A stretch of 31,005 nucleotides of DNA, taken from assembly GCA_048940645.1 (NCBI GenBank), contig JBHLOI010000043.1, positions 1 to 31,005 of the forward strand. The letters run 5' to 3'. The DNA comes from Promethearchaeota archaeon. GTDB lineage: Archaea; Asgardarchaeota; Lokiarchaeia; Sigyniarchaeales; SOKP01. The translations under genes were made by a program, and so were the position numbers. This document shows, in pieces, positions 9,461 to 18,581 of this stretch (position 1 is its first letter; every line of letters begins with the position of its first letter). The notes beneath the pieces were generated by a model. That model saw only the letters and a list, made by a program, of their open reading frames with translations. It did not search any database and had not been told where the DNA came from.

Positions 9461-10264
9461 ATGAAATCTGCATTAGTTATTTTTACAAAGGTTCCAATTC
9501 CAGGATTAGTAAAAACACGATTAACCCAAAATACGTGTTTAACTGAATTAGATTCAGCTAAAATTGCTGAAGCCATGCTCAAAGACACAATTAGTATAGC
9601 TTCCAAAACAAATGCTGATACAATACAAGTTGGTTACTTTCCTAATGAGAAGGCCGGAAAATTACATGAAATTGCTGATTCTGTTAGAAGTGATGGATAT
9701 TTAAGTAAACCTATTGGCTTTATTCCCCAGAACGGTTCAAATTTTGATCAACGATTTGGATCAATTGTAAAGGAATCTTTTGAAAAGAAAATAGATTTGT
9801 TAGTTGTTTTAGGTGCTGATTTACCATTTTTAGATCCTAAAATAATTAACCTAGCTTTAGCATACTTAGTAAAAAAAACTAATGAGAATCCTATAATTAT
9901 CGGACTTTCTACTGGGGGTGGTATATATCTCATTGGAATTACTAAAGATTTCAATCCAAGTTGGTTTTCAGAATACCATTTATTCAGTGGTAGATTAGAA
10001 TTATCTGAATTTGCAAACTTCTGTAGAGATAATAAATTTCCGTTGATTTCCCTCCCTCCATATGGAGATATTGATATTGAAGAAGATTTAGTCACCTTAA
10101 TTTCATATATTAGAGCACTTAAAAACTCAGAAAAAACCATTGGGTTTTATTTTCCTCATTACACTGCCAAGATCATAGAAGAATTAAACCTATACATCGT
10201 AGAAGAGCAAGATCAAACCCGTAGGCGAAAAATAGCAAAAAAGAACGATAAAAAGTTATTATGA
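9461..10264 (+). CDS. TIGR04282/DUF2064 family transferase (CofC-like; arsenosugar-locus-associated)
   Basis: LVIFTKVPIPGLVKTRL, QNGSNFDQRF, VVLGADLP, GGGIYLIG and LPPYGDIDIEEDL. Confidence 0.88.
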   Translation: MKSALVIFTKVPIPGLVKTRLTQNTCLTELDSAKIAEAMLKDTISIASKTNADTIQVGYFPNEKAGKLHEIADSVRSDGYLSKPIGFIPQNGSNFDQRFGSIVKESFEKKIDLLVVLGADLPFLDPKIINLALAYLVKKTNENPIIIGLSTGGGIYLIGITKDFNPSWFSEYHLFSGRLELSEFANFCRDNKFPLISLPPYGDIDIEEDLVTLISYIRALKNSEKTIGFYFPHYTAKIIEELNLYIVEEQDQTRRRKIAKKNDKKLL

Positions 10265-11034
10265 TTGTTAGTATAATCATCATTACCTTGAATGAAGCAG
10301 AAAATATTGAATTAACCATTAAAAAAGCTCGCTTAGCGGCACATCTTCCCTCTGGAAAAACAATTCCTATTGAAATCATCATCAGTGATGGTGGATCCAC
10401 GGACGGAACTCTCGAAATAGCTCAAAAATTAGCAGATAAAGTAATCATTGGACCAAGCGGAAGATATCTTCAGTTAAATGCAGGTGCTATGCACGCAAAG
10501 GGAGAGATTCTACTATTTTTGCATGCTGATACAATTTTACCAGAAGGCGCAATAATACGAATTCTTTATAGATTAAGAGATCCCAACGCCATTGGAGGAG
10601 GTTTTAAAAAAGATTGGAATTGGAATCCTACGGTTAAACGATCATCTTTCCTTAAATTTGCCAACTTCTGGTGGCAAGGAATAGGTAACTGGCTTGTGAG
10701 ATTGCTAAGAACATTTCCAGGAGATAATGCAATCTTTGTCCGAAAATCTGTTTTTGAAAAAATTAAAGGATTTCAATCTTTATGGATATGTGAAGATTTT
10801 GATTTTTCGCGGCGATTAAGAAAGTATGGAAAGAAAAGTTTTATATATATACATTCAACGGTGCTTACATCACCTAGACGATATGAAAAATACGGATTTT
10901 TTTATGTAAATGTAATATGGTTTTGGATATATTGGCTGTGGCGTTTAGGTATGTCCCAAGAACGCCTTAAAGTTAAATTTAAAAAATACTTAATATTCCC
11001 AGAGACAAGGAAGAGGAAATTTCTCAGATTTTAA
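10261..11034 (+). CDS. TIGR04283 family GT2 glycosyltransferase (arsenosugar-locus-associated)
   Basis: SIIIITLNEAENI, DGGSTDGT, GRYLQLNAGA, LLFLHADT, GDNAIFVRK, EDFDFSRRL and TSPRRY. ATGA overlap with the upstream gene. Confidence 0.9.
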   Translation: MIVSIIIITLNEAENIELTIKKARLAAHLPSGKTIPIEIIISDGGSTDGTLEIAQKLADKVIIGPSGRYLQLNAGAMHAKGEILLFLHADTILPEGAIIRILYRLRDPNAIGGGFKKDWNWNPTVKRSSFLKFANFWWQGIGNWLVRLLRTFPGDNAIFVRKSVFEKIKGFQSLWICEDFDFSRRLRKYGKKSFIYIHSTVLTSPRRYEKYGFFYVNVIWFWIYWLWRLGMSQERLKVKFKKYLIFPETRKRKFLRF

Positions 11035-11100
11035 TATAAAAACCTAGGATAATAGCAAAATTAATAAAAAAAAAGAAAAACTCAGTTTATTAAATCTATT

Positions 11101-11583
11101 TTACTTTATCAATGCAATTGATTCTTCGCAAAAATCATCTTGTCCGGTTCTGAATTTTTCAAGCTCATATTGTAAATTAGGGCTTAATTCTTTAACTAAA
11201 CTATTCATAAATGGTATAGCACTCCTCCGACAAAATGGTTCTGGGTCTAATCCCATCATTTTGGCAGCTTCATACACAGGGCATTTCCCTACTTTTATGC
11301 TAACTTTCTCCTCACTCTCTTTAAGAATCTCTGTATCAATACCAAATCCTTTAATAGCGCCTGAAGCTAAAAATGAAGCATTTTTTGGATTCATCTCTTT
11401 AATTTTTTCCCGTCTTGCTTGGCTTCTTGACATCTTACCTTGTAAAGCTCCCATGGTTTGACATGTTTCTTCAATCATATTATACGCTTTCTCCTCTCCA
11501 ATTTCCTTTACCACCGTACCTATAAAAGCATCTAATAAAATAAAAGCATTTTTCGCTCCATTAAACGTATCCTCAAGTGGAAT
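11101..11583 (-). CDS. ATC-hydrolase/V4R-like fold protein, probably initiating at ATT
   Basis: VGKCPVYEAA..C..DDFCEE cysteine pattern. The frame is open upstream of GTG 11514 (PLEDTFNGAKNAFILLDAFIGTV), and GAGGT lies 7 nt upstream of ATT 11583. Confidence 0.75.
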   Translation of the reverse strand: MPLEDTFNGAKNAFILLDAFIGTVVKEIGEEKAYNMIEETCQTMGALQGKMSRSQARREKIKEMNPKNASFLASGAIKGFGIDTEILKESEEKVSIKVGKCPVYEAAKMMGLDPEPFCRRSAIPFMNSLVKELSPNLQYELEKFRTGQDDFCEESIALIK

Positions 11584-11590
11584 TTTTATT

Positions 11591-11595
11591 ACCTC
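11591..11595 (-). promoter_or_regulatory. Shine-Dalgarno-like GAGGT
   Basis: GAGGT-AATAAAA-ATT on the minus strand. Similar motifs precede ATGs at 16978, 26138 and 30742. Confidence 0.55.
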
Positions 11596-11817
11596 TTTAA
11601 ACTATATATATTATTTTTAATACAATTTTGTAAATAATAAACTTACATTTTAGTATAAAAACCTTCTCTTAACAGAGAATTTCCAAGGAAGGAATAAATA
11701 TAGCAATTTAGTCAAATAAATAATTAAAAAAGAAGGTTTCCCAGAAAAATCTAGATAGAAATTGTTCTCCATTAATCTATGATTAATAATAAATCATATC
11801 CAAGAATAATATTCATA

Positions 11818-12735
11818 ATGAAACCCATTACTGCAAATAATCTAATCAGAATTATTTCCATGGGATTATCAATCTTACAATCAAGAATAATAAAAGTTCC
11901 GTTATATGTGAATTATGATATAACTTGGAAGTGTAACTTAAAATGTAAGCATTGTTATTTTTCCGCATCATCCATGGAATTAAAAAATAAAAGAATAGAA
12001 TTATCGCAGGAAGAATGGACCAAAGTTTTTAAATATCATAGAGATTTAGGAACAAATACAGCAGTTTTAACTGGTGGAGAACCTACTTTAAGAATAGATG
12101 TTATAAAAGAAGCGATTAAGATTTTCCCCTCAGTTCAAGTTGTTTCAAATGGAGTTATAAAATTGCCTCCATTTAATGGATATAAACAACCAAAATACTG
12201 GGTAAGTATAGATGGTACTGAGGAAACTCATAATAAGATAAGAGGTGTGAAGGTTTTTGACAAAGTTTTACGGACTATTCAGGTAAGCAATCCGGTGGTT
12301 GCAACAACCATCATGGCCTTAAATTATAATGAAATTAATGATATTGTTAAAATTGCCTATGAGAATGGTGCTTCTGGATTAGCTTTCTTAATGTATACTG
12401 GTTATCCTAACGACCCCCTTTTATTGAAAGGAAATATCTTAAAAAAAACAATTGTAACCGTGTTAAGAGTTATGCGTGAATATGGAGATTTTATTTTTTA
12501 TTCCAAAAAAATGCTAGAAGCATATATGTCAAAAGAATTTGTACCATATTGTGTGTTTAAATCCGGTGAAATAAAGAGTTATTATCCTGATGGAACGCAA
12601 AAGTTTTGTGTCATGGGAAATTCATCACTCTTATGTTCCAATTGTGGTTGTATTATACCAATTACTGCTTATTCCATATTTAGAAAATTTGATTCTGAAA
12701 CAGTTTTTAAATTGAAAAAATTGTTTAATTTTTAA
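11818..12735 (+). CDS. radical SAM protein with Cys-rich C-terminal extension
   Basis: CNLKCKHC, LTGGEP, VSNG, WVSIDG..HNKIRG and C-terminal CVF..CVMG..CSNCGC. Start is 11818 or 11779. Confidence 0.88.
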   Translation: MKPITANNLIRIISMGLSILQSRIIKVPLYVNYDITWKCNLKCKHCYFSASSMELKNKRIELSQEEWTKVFKYHRDLGTNTAVLTGGEPTLRIDVIKEAIKIFPSVQVVSNGVIKLPPFNGYKQPKYWVSIDGTEETHNKIRGVKVFDKVLRTIQVSNPVVATTIMALNYNEINDIVKIAYENGASGLAFLMYTGYPNDPLLLKGNILKKTIVTVLRVMREYGDFIFYSKKMLEAYMSKEFVPYCVFKSGEIKSYYPDGTQKFCVMGNSSLLCSNCGCIIPITAYSIFRKFDSETVFKLKKLFNF

Positions 12736-12747
12736 AATACGCACTAA

Positions 12748-13698
12748 TTATGCGTTGGATCTTTCCAAGATTAATCTTGCTAGAGCTTCAAATGTTTCTT
12801 CGATATTTTCCCCTGTTTCAACACTGCATTCAATAAAACCATCTAGCCCTCGTGATTTTGCAATTTTGATGCCTTCTTCAGCAGAAATCTGTTGATTATT
12901 AACCATATCCGAGATAATCCCCACAGCCATTATGGGGAATTCGACATCTGGTGTAATCTCGTTTCGAATAATTGTTAACCACTCATCAATACTCCTGATA
13001 GAAGATTCTTTATTCGCATCATAAATAAAAAGACCTCCTTTAGCACCTCGAACGTAAGTTGGAAGTAAAAATTTAAATCTTTCCTTTCCACCAAAATCCC
13101 ATAATTGTAATTTAACTTTCTTACCCCCAACATCTACAGTTTTAACTTCAAAATCGACACCTATCGTCATTTTTGAATCGGATACAAATAGATTTGTCAA
13201 GAATTTCTGAGTTAAATTTGCTCTTGCTACTTCTGGTTCACCAAACAGAACTATCTTAAAGGTAGTATCATACATCTTTCTAGTCTCATCTCTAACTTCT
13301 GGGGAATAACTGGCCGCTATGTATTTTTCTTCATCACCACGATATACAATTGCCGCTACAATCCCAAGCACAGCACTTGAAACCCATAATATCTCACTAA
13401 TTATCCCCAATATCGACACATCAACACAGATCGCAATTAGACTTATCACTAGAGAAATAATTCCATAGTAAGTAAACAAAAACCGCGTTAAGGGATAGTA
13501 AATATAGTAATGATAGTAAACATTTGAAGTTTGAACCGCGAGATAAACACCAAGAATACCTGATATTAACAATATTGAAAACAATATTCTGAGAGGAATA
13601 AGAACATCATTCGTTGGATCTGGGCTTAAAATACACGAAAAAATAATTAATTCAAGACTCAGAGTCCCCAATAAACTTGTTACACTGGAGTGTTTCAT
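12748..13698 (-). CDS. 4-TM membrane module fused to a degenerate Rab-like small GTPase domain
   Basis: N-terminal ~120 aa form hydrophobic helices. The C-terminal part reads FKIVLFG..MTIGVDF..KLQLWDFGGKERF..YVRGA..ECS..TGENIEETF. The P-loop reads GEPEVARA, with no GK[ST]. Confidence 0.88.
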   Translation of the reverse strand: MKHSSVTSLLGTLSLELIIFSCILSPDPTNDVLIPLRILFSILLISGILGVYLAVQTSNVYYHYYIYYPLTRFLFTYYGIISLVISLIAICVDVSILGIISEILWVSSAVLGIVAAIVYRGDEEKYIAASYSPEVRDETRKMYDTTFKIVLFGEPEVARANLTQKFLTNLFVSDSKMTIGVDFEVKTVDVGGKKVKLQLWDFGGKERFKFLLPTYVRGAKGGLFIYDANKESSIRSIDEWLTIIRNEITPDVEFPIMAVGIISDMVNNQQISAEEGIKIAKSRGLDGFIECSVETGENIEETFEALARLILERSNA

Positions 13699-14303
13699 TT
13701 CAGCATCTCTAAAACAAAATTAACCAATCTAATCTTAGCTAGAAAATCATTTCATAAAATACGACTTATATATCTATAAAATATAATTAACTTGTTCTTT
13801 AAAAAAATTAACCACATCTTTAATTTACGAAGAATTGGAATTTGAAAAAATTTTCCATTAAAATGTAATATTGGTCGATTCGCACCTAATTTCAAAATAA
13901 TTTATTTATTCCAAATATAAAAAAAGAGGTAAATAATTTGAATTAGTTACTATGGATTTTCATAGCATATTACGAAATCTAATTCTGTTAACTCATCTTT
14001 AGATGCTGTTGCTAATTATATTTCTACTTTATTTAAGGATTTACTTTTCTGTCAAAACTACCCTTCATTATTTCTATTTATAGAGGTATTAAATGTAGCT
14101 CAACAAAAAATATAATGATATCAGTATTTAATCAGAAAATTTTTCTTGAGTAATTATAGATTTTACAATTTATTCTTTAAAATCTTATAATACATTAGCA
14201 TTATTTTTATATATAATAGAATAAGACTTACCAATAGCAATTTCTTAAATGAATCCTTAAAAGTAGAAGTTGTTTCTGAAAAAAATAATCTAATGTGCTA
14301 TAC

Positions 14304-15335
14304 ATGCGCATATTGAAAATGCAATCAAAGTTTCTTGATGTGTTTCTAGAGACTCTGAATAAGTTTGGAAGTCTATATGGACCAATATACAAGAATGGCG
14401 TGCTGTCTTACGATAGGCTTGGAAATATCTCAGATCTAGTCGTCACTGATGAACATCCGATGATTCCTATAAAGAAACTCTTTCATCCAATGCATTTCAC
14501 AATGATGCATTTCAATGAAAAAGGTTTTACTCCAGACTATTCCATGATTGAGAAGAGAGTCGTGTTGGGAGTCCACCCCTGTGAGATCCATAGCATTCTC
14601 ATACTTGATGATATTTTCATGCGAGATCCGGTTGATCCATACTATGCAGGATTAAGACAGAATACAGCTATAGTGGGATTTTCCTGTCTTCCCACGGAGA
14701 ATTCATTGTGCTATTCAACAGATACGGATATTGTGGAAGAGGGATTTGACTTATTTTTTGTTAATCTTGGTGACTATTATTTGGTCTGGGTTGGTACGAG
14801 TCTAGGCCATGATATGATCTATGAGCGGGAAGAATTCTTTGATGAGAATGTCACTTATGATGATCTTCAGAGGTATGTAAAATGGCGGTATAAACGGAAT
14901 AAAATGTTCAAGAAGAGCTTTGAGTTTGATAGTATGCCTGACATCATGGAACTCAGCTATGAGAGTGAGGTCTGGAATGAATTCGCTAAGATATGCATAG
15001 CATGTGGTCAATGTACTATGGTTTGCCCAACATGTAATTGTTATAATGTGACTGATGTATTTGATGTCTCAAATGAAACAACAGGACGCCGAGATAGATA
15101 CTGGGACAGTTGCATGTTTGTCGATTACAGTCTAGTAGCAGGAGGGCATAACTTTCGAGCATCCCGCGCAGACAGACTCAGACTCTGGTATGGGCACAAA
15201 CTGAAAACATTTGGAAAAAACTATGGCCGCCCTGGTTGTGTAGGCTGCGGACGTTGTGTGGAAACATGTCCAGTTGAAATCAATGTCCTGACGGTCTCAG
15301 ATGCTCTAATTACAAAGGAGATGCCTAAGAAATGA
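14304..15335 (+). CDS. hydB: group 3b [NiFe] hydrogenase (sulfhydrogenase) beta subunit, 4Fe-4S
   Basis: GVHPCEI..D, CIACGQCTMVCPTCNC, RYWDSC, AGGHNFR and GCVGCGRCVETCP. First gene of a canonical beta-gamma-delta-alpha operon. Confidence 0.9.
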   Translation: MRILKMQSKFLDVFLETLNKFGSLYGPIYKNGVLSYDRLGNISDLVVTDEHPMIPIKKLFHPMHFTMMHFNEKGFTPDYSMIEKRVVLGVHPCEIHSILILDDIFMRDPVDPYYAGLRQNTAIVGFSCLPTENSLCYSTDTDIVEEGFDLFFVNLGDYYLVWVGTSLGHDMIYEREEFFDENVTYDDLQRYVKWRYKRNKMFKKSFEFDSMPDIMELSYESEVWNEFAKICIACGQCTMVCPTCNCYNVTDVFDVSNETTGRRDRYWDSCMFVDYSLVAGGHNFRASRADRLRLWYGHKLKTFGKNYGRPGCVGCGRCVETCPVEINVLTVSDALITKEMPKK

Positions 15336-16180
15336 GTGTGCTTGAATCAGTTGAGAACCCATTCAAACCAAAAGCTGCAAGGATAGTTCGGCATTATGAT
15401 CTTATAACCGATCACAGATTCTTCCAGATTCGGCATATAGACATGAAAAAAGCAATGTCTTTCTCTTATAATCCTGGTCAGTTTATAATGCTATCAATAC
15501 TTGGTATTGGCGAGTCACCATTTTCGATTTCATCCACACCCAGTCGCCCAGGTATTCTAGAATTGGGTGTTAGGAAGGTTGGAAAACTGACTGATGCTCT
15601 CTTCCAGAAGAAGGATAATGATGTGGTGTATATCAGAGGTCCTTATGGAAATGGCTTCAAACTAGATCAGATGGTTAATAGAGACCTCATCATTGTAGCT
15701 GGTGGACTCGGAGTCATTCCCGTTCGTTCAATCCTGTATTACGCCTTGGACAATAGAGACCAGTTCAAACAATTATTCTTCCTATATGGTACAAGAACAC
15801 CCTATGAGTTCTTGTTCAAAACTGAATTCTTCCAATTGAAAAAACGTGATGACATAGAGTGTTTGTATACTGTAGATAATCCAAATTCAGAGTGGACCGA
15901 GAATGTGGGTGTGGTGACGAAACTTTTAAAAAATCTTCCAGAAATAGATCCGCGTGAAACTACAGCTGTTGTGGTGGGACCTCCAGTCATGTACAAGTTT
16001 GTAATCGATGAGATCCTGAAATTAAAGATACCAAAGAACCAGATTCAATTATCACTTGAGAGACGAATGAAATGTGGAATTGGAAAATGTGGACACTGTG
16101 CCATTGAACATCTTTATACTTGTATGGATGGGCCAGTATTCACATACTGGGATACCTTACACTTCAGGGAGTTGATCTAA
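15332..16180 (+). CDS. hydG: group 3b hydrogenase gamma subunit (FAD/NAD(P)-binding, 2Fe-2S)
   Basis: PGQFIML, GESPFSISS, RGPYGNGF, VAGGLG, GPPVMYKFV and LERRMKCGIGKCGHC..CMDGPVF. Confidence 0.93.
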   Translation: MSVLESVENPFKPKAARIVRHYDLITDHRFFQIRHIDMKKAMSFSYNPGQFIMLSILGIGESPFSISSTPSRPGILELGVRKVGKLTDALFQKKDNDVVYIRGPYGNGFKLDQMVNRDLIIVAGGLGVIPVRSILYYALDNRDQFKQLFFLYGTRTPYEFLFKTEFFQLKKRDDIECLYTVDNPNSEWTENVGVVTKLLKNLPEIDPRETTAVVVGPPVMYKFVIDEILKLKIPKNQIQLSLERRMKCGIGKCGHCAIEHLYTCMDGPVFTYWDTLHFRELI

Positions 16181-16181
16181 A

Positions 16182-16976
16182 GTGACAGAAGCTAGTAAGA
16201 CTAGAAAACCTTCAGCAAAGCCGAAAGTGGGTATCTATGGCTTCACAGGATGTGCAGGAGATCAGCTTCTCCTTATCCATACCGAAGATGAAATTCTCAA
16301 CCTGTTTAATTCAGTAGACATGCGTTCTTTTGTGATGGCTTCGAGTAATCCAATTGAGGAGGAACTCGATATTGCATTCATCGAAGGTAGTATTAGTACG
16401 GAAGAGCAGAGAGAGCATATTCACAATATAAGAAAGAGAGCGAAAATTATAGTAGCTTTAGGTAATTGTGCTGTAAATGGGGGGCCGCAAGCAATGTGCA
16501 CTGGAGATGGTAGATTCGAGAAACGATTGAATAATATCTATGGGGATGCCGAGTTTTTTACAGATCCAATTGAAGCCAAGCCTGTTGATGCGATTGTTGA
16601 GGTAGATTACTATCTCCCTGGTTGTCCAATCAGCTCCCCACAAGCTTTCGCTCTGATCTCAAGACTTATACATGGCGTGATTCCAGAAACATTTCCTCAC
16701 CCCGTTTGCCATGAGTGCAAACTCAATGAGAATCGATGCCTACTGCTTGATAAGATAATCTGCTTCGGTCCATTGACGGCAGGTGGATGTGGATCAGCTT
16801 GTCCCAATCATGGACTCCCGTGCGTTGGTTGCTGGGGCCCAAATGAGGATGGAAACTTTGACTACCATCTTAAATTCTTAGAAAGTTTCGGAAAGTCAAG
16901 AGAAGAAATATTAAGGCTAATTAGAGGATATGGAGGCCATAAGATCCTCAAATTCATTGAAAAGGGAGGTAAATGA
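16182..16976 (+). CDS. hydD: group 3b hydrogenase delta (small) subunit
   Basis: GFTGCAGDQ, IEGSIST, GNCAVNGG, LPGCP and VCHECK..CLL..CFGPLTAGGCGSACP..CVGCWGP. Confidence 0.92.
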   Translation: MTEASKTRKPSAKPKVGIYGFTGCAGDQLLLIHTEDEILNLFNSVDMRSFVMASSNPIEEELDIAFIEGSISTEEQREHIHNIRKRAKIIVALGNCAVNGGPQAMCTGDGRFEKRLNNIYGDAEFFTDPIEAKPVDAIVEVDYYLPGCPISSPQAFALISRLIHGVIPETFPHPVCHECKLNENRCLLLDKIICFGPLTAGGCGSACPNHGLPCVGCWGPNEDGNFDYHLKFLESFGKSREEILRLIRGYGGHKILKFIEKGGK

Positions 16977-16977
16977 T

Positions 16978-18270
16978 ATGCCAAAGCAGAAAGAGATCAG
17001 GATAGAACCATTAGCCAGAGTCGAGGGGCATGGTGGTATCAGGGTAGAGATTGAAGGCGATAAAATCAGCAATGTCGAAGTCCGGATTCTTGAGGGACCA
17101 AGACTCTTTGAAACGCTTGTTGTGGGTAGGACACCACAGGAAGACATTAGTATTGTGCCTCGAATTTGCGCCATCTGCAATCTCTCTCACAAATATGCGG
17201 CTCTTCGAGGTCTGGAGAAAGCTCTAGGAGTGGAGATCGATTCAGCAACAAAATTGTATCGTCGACTAATGCAACTTGGCGAGATCATTGAGAGCCACAG
17301 CTTACATATCTACTTCCTTGCATTACCAGACTTCCTGGGTTATGACAATGCTATTGCAATGACCGATAAGTATGGAGATATTGTCACAAAAGCTCTGCAA
17401 CTTAAAAAATTCGGTAACAAGATTATGCAGATGATAGGTGGACGCATGATCCACGGTGAAAACCCGATCATTGGAGGATTCGGGAAGCTACCCACAAAAG
17501 TAGAGCTTATCAAGATTAAAGAGAAAGCATTGGAGTTGCTTCCGTTTGCCATTGAGACAATCAACCTTCTTGCAGAACTTGAGATTCCCGATCATATGGA
17601 AAGAGAAACACAATTCCTCTGCTGTAAACCTCCTCATGACGATTATGATTATTATGGCGATATACTCATCACTTCTGACGGTCAAGAGCATGATGTTGAG
17701 GATTATGGGTCAATAATCAAGGAGCGAGTTGTCAGTCATAGTTTTGCTAAGCGAGGCCGATACAAGGAAAAGTCATTTACCGTTGGGGCTCTCGCAAGAG
17801 TCTTACTTCTAGGTAATAGACTCAAGGGCAAGGCGAAGGAGGCTTATGATAAGTTTGTTAATGAAAGATGGCATTTCAATCCCTTATTCAACAATCACGC
17901 CCAAGCAATAGAGCAGATCTATTCACTGGAATGCATTCCAAAAATTGTGGATGATCTCCTTACCAACGCCAAATCAAAAATTGCCAAGCCCACAAAACAA
18001 ACAGGTTCTGGGACAGGAGTAGTTGAAGCGCCGCGAGGAACGTTGATTCATCATTATAAGGTCAAAGATGGCCTAATCTCCGCTGCCGACATCATAACAC
18101 CAACCTCAATGTTCCTCGATGATATTGAGGAGTTCATTCGAATGAGCGGTAATACACTTCTGGCAAAGAATCAGATTGACAAAATTGAGCTCGAATTTGA
18201 GAAGATAGCACGAGCCTATGATCCGTGTATTAGTTGCAGTGCCCATTTAGTGGAAGTCGTATACAAATAG
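16978..18270 (+). CDS. hydA: group 3b hydrogenase alpha (large, NiFe) subunit
   Basis: RVEGHG, L1 RICAICNLSH, EAPRGTLIHHY, and L2 DPCISCSAH plus a 7-aa cleavable tail. SD GGAGGT precedes ATG 16978. Confidence 0.95.
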   Translation: MPKQKEIRIEPLARVEGHGGIRVEIEGDKISNVEVRILEGPRLFETLVVGRTPQEDISIVPRICAICNLSHKYAALRGLEKALGVEIDSATKLYRRLMQLGEIIESHSLHIYFLALPDFLGYDNAIAMTDKYGDIVTKALQLKKFGNKIMQMIGGRMIHGENPIIGGFGKLPTKVELIKIKEKALELLPFAIETINLLAELEIPDHMERETQFLCCKPPHDDYDYYGDILITSDGQEHDVEDYGSIIKERVVSHSFAKRGRYKEKSFTVGALARVLLLGNRLKGKAKEAYDKFVNERWHFNPLFNNHAQAIEQIYSLECIPKIVDDLLTNAKSKIAKPTKQTGSGTGVVEAPRGTLIHHYKVKDGLISAADIITPTSMFLDDIEEFIRMSGNTLLAKNQIDKIELEFEKIARAYDPCISCSAHLVEVVYK

Positions 18271-18581
18271 ATTTACCCAACTTCAAAATATCTACTGATG
18301 AGATAAAGCATGTAATCTCTAGTAAATAGCTGATCATCAATATTTTATTAGATATCTTCTTATTATTTTCTTTAGCCAAAGACTATAATATGATAAACTT
18401 TCATTAATGTACGAAACATAACCAATCGGTTTCATATTTAATTCTCTCTAGGTTGCTTTAGAGTTTAGCAAGGTTTTATTCAAAATAAATTTTATTATAT
18501 TATCAATAAGAAAAACATAAATTAATGCACTCTACTAGGAAAAAAAGAAAGAACTTGTTATAAAAGCGCTTTTGTAAATTC

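Noticed and set aside
13700-14300. Gene remnants or ncRNA in the long intergenic region before the hydrogenase
   Set aside because: Only short open stretches with no recognisable family or stable structure.
16930-16977. Extended N-terminus of HydA
   Set aside because: It overlaps hydD, and ATG 16978 has a GGAGGT SD.
1730-17691. Antisense ORFs 1730..1930, 4069..4365, 4776..4976, 6866..7132, 7166..7378, 7624..8142, 9748..10140, 10173..10400, 11261..11461, 14802..15011, 15802..15996, 16458..16643, 16917..17180, 17340..17564, 17488..17691
   Set aside because: They are shadows opposite well-supported genes and carry no recognisable motifs.
14304-18270. Selenocysteine recoding in hydrogenase subunits
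   Set aside because: L2 reads DPCISC with Cys codons. The TGA stops fall at expected C-termini and are coupled to the next start.
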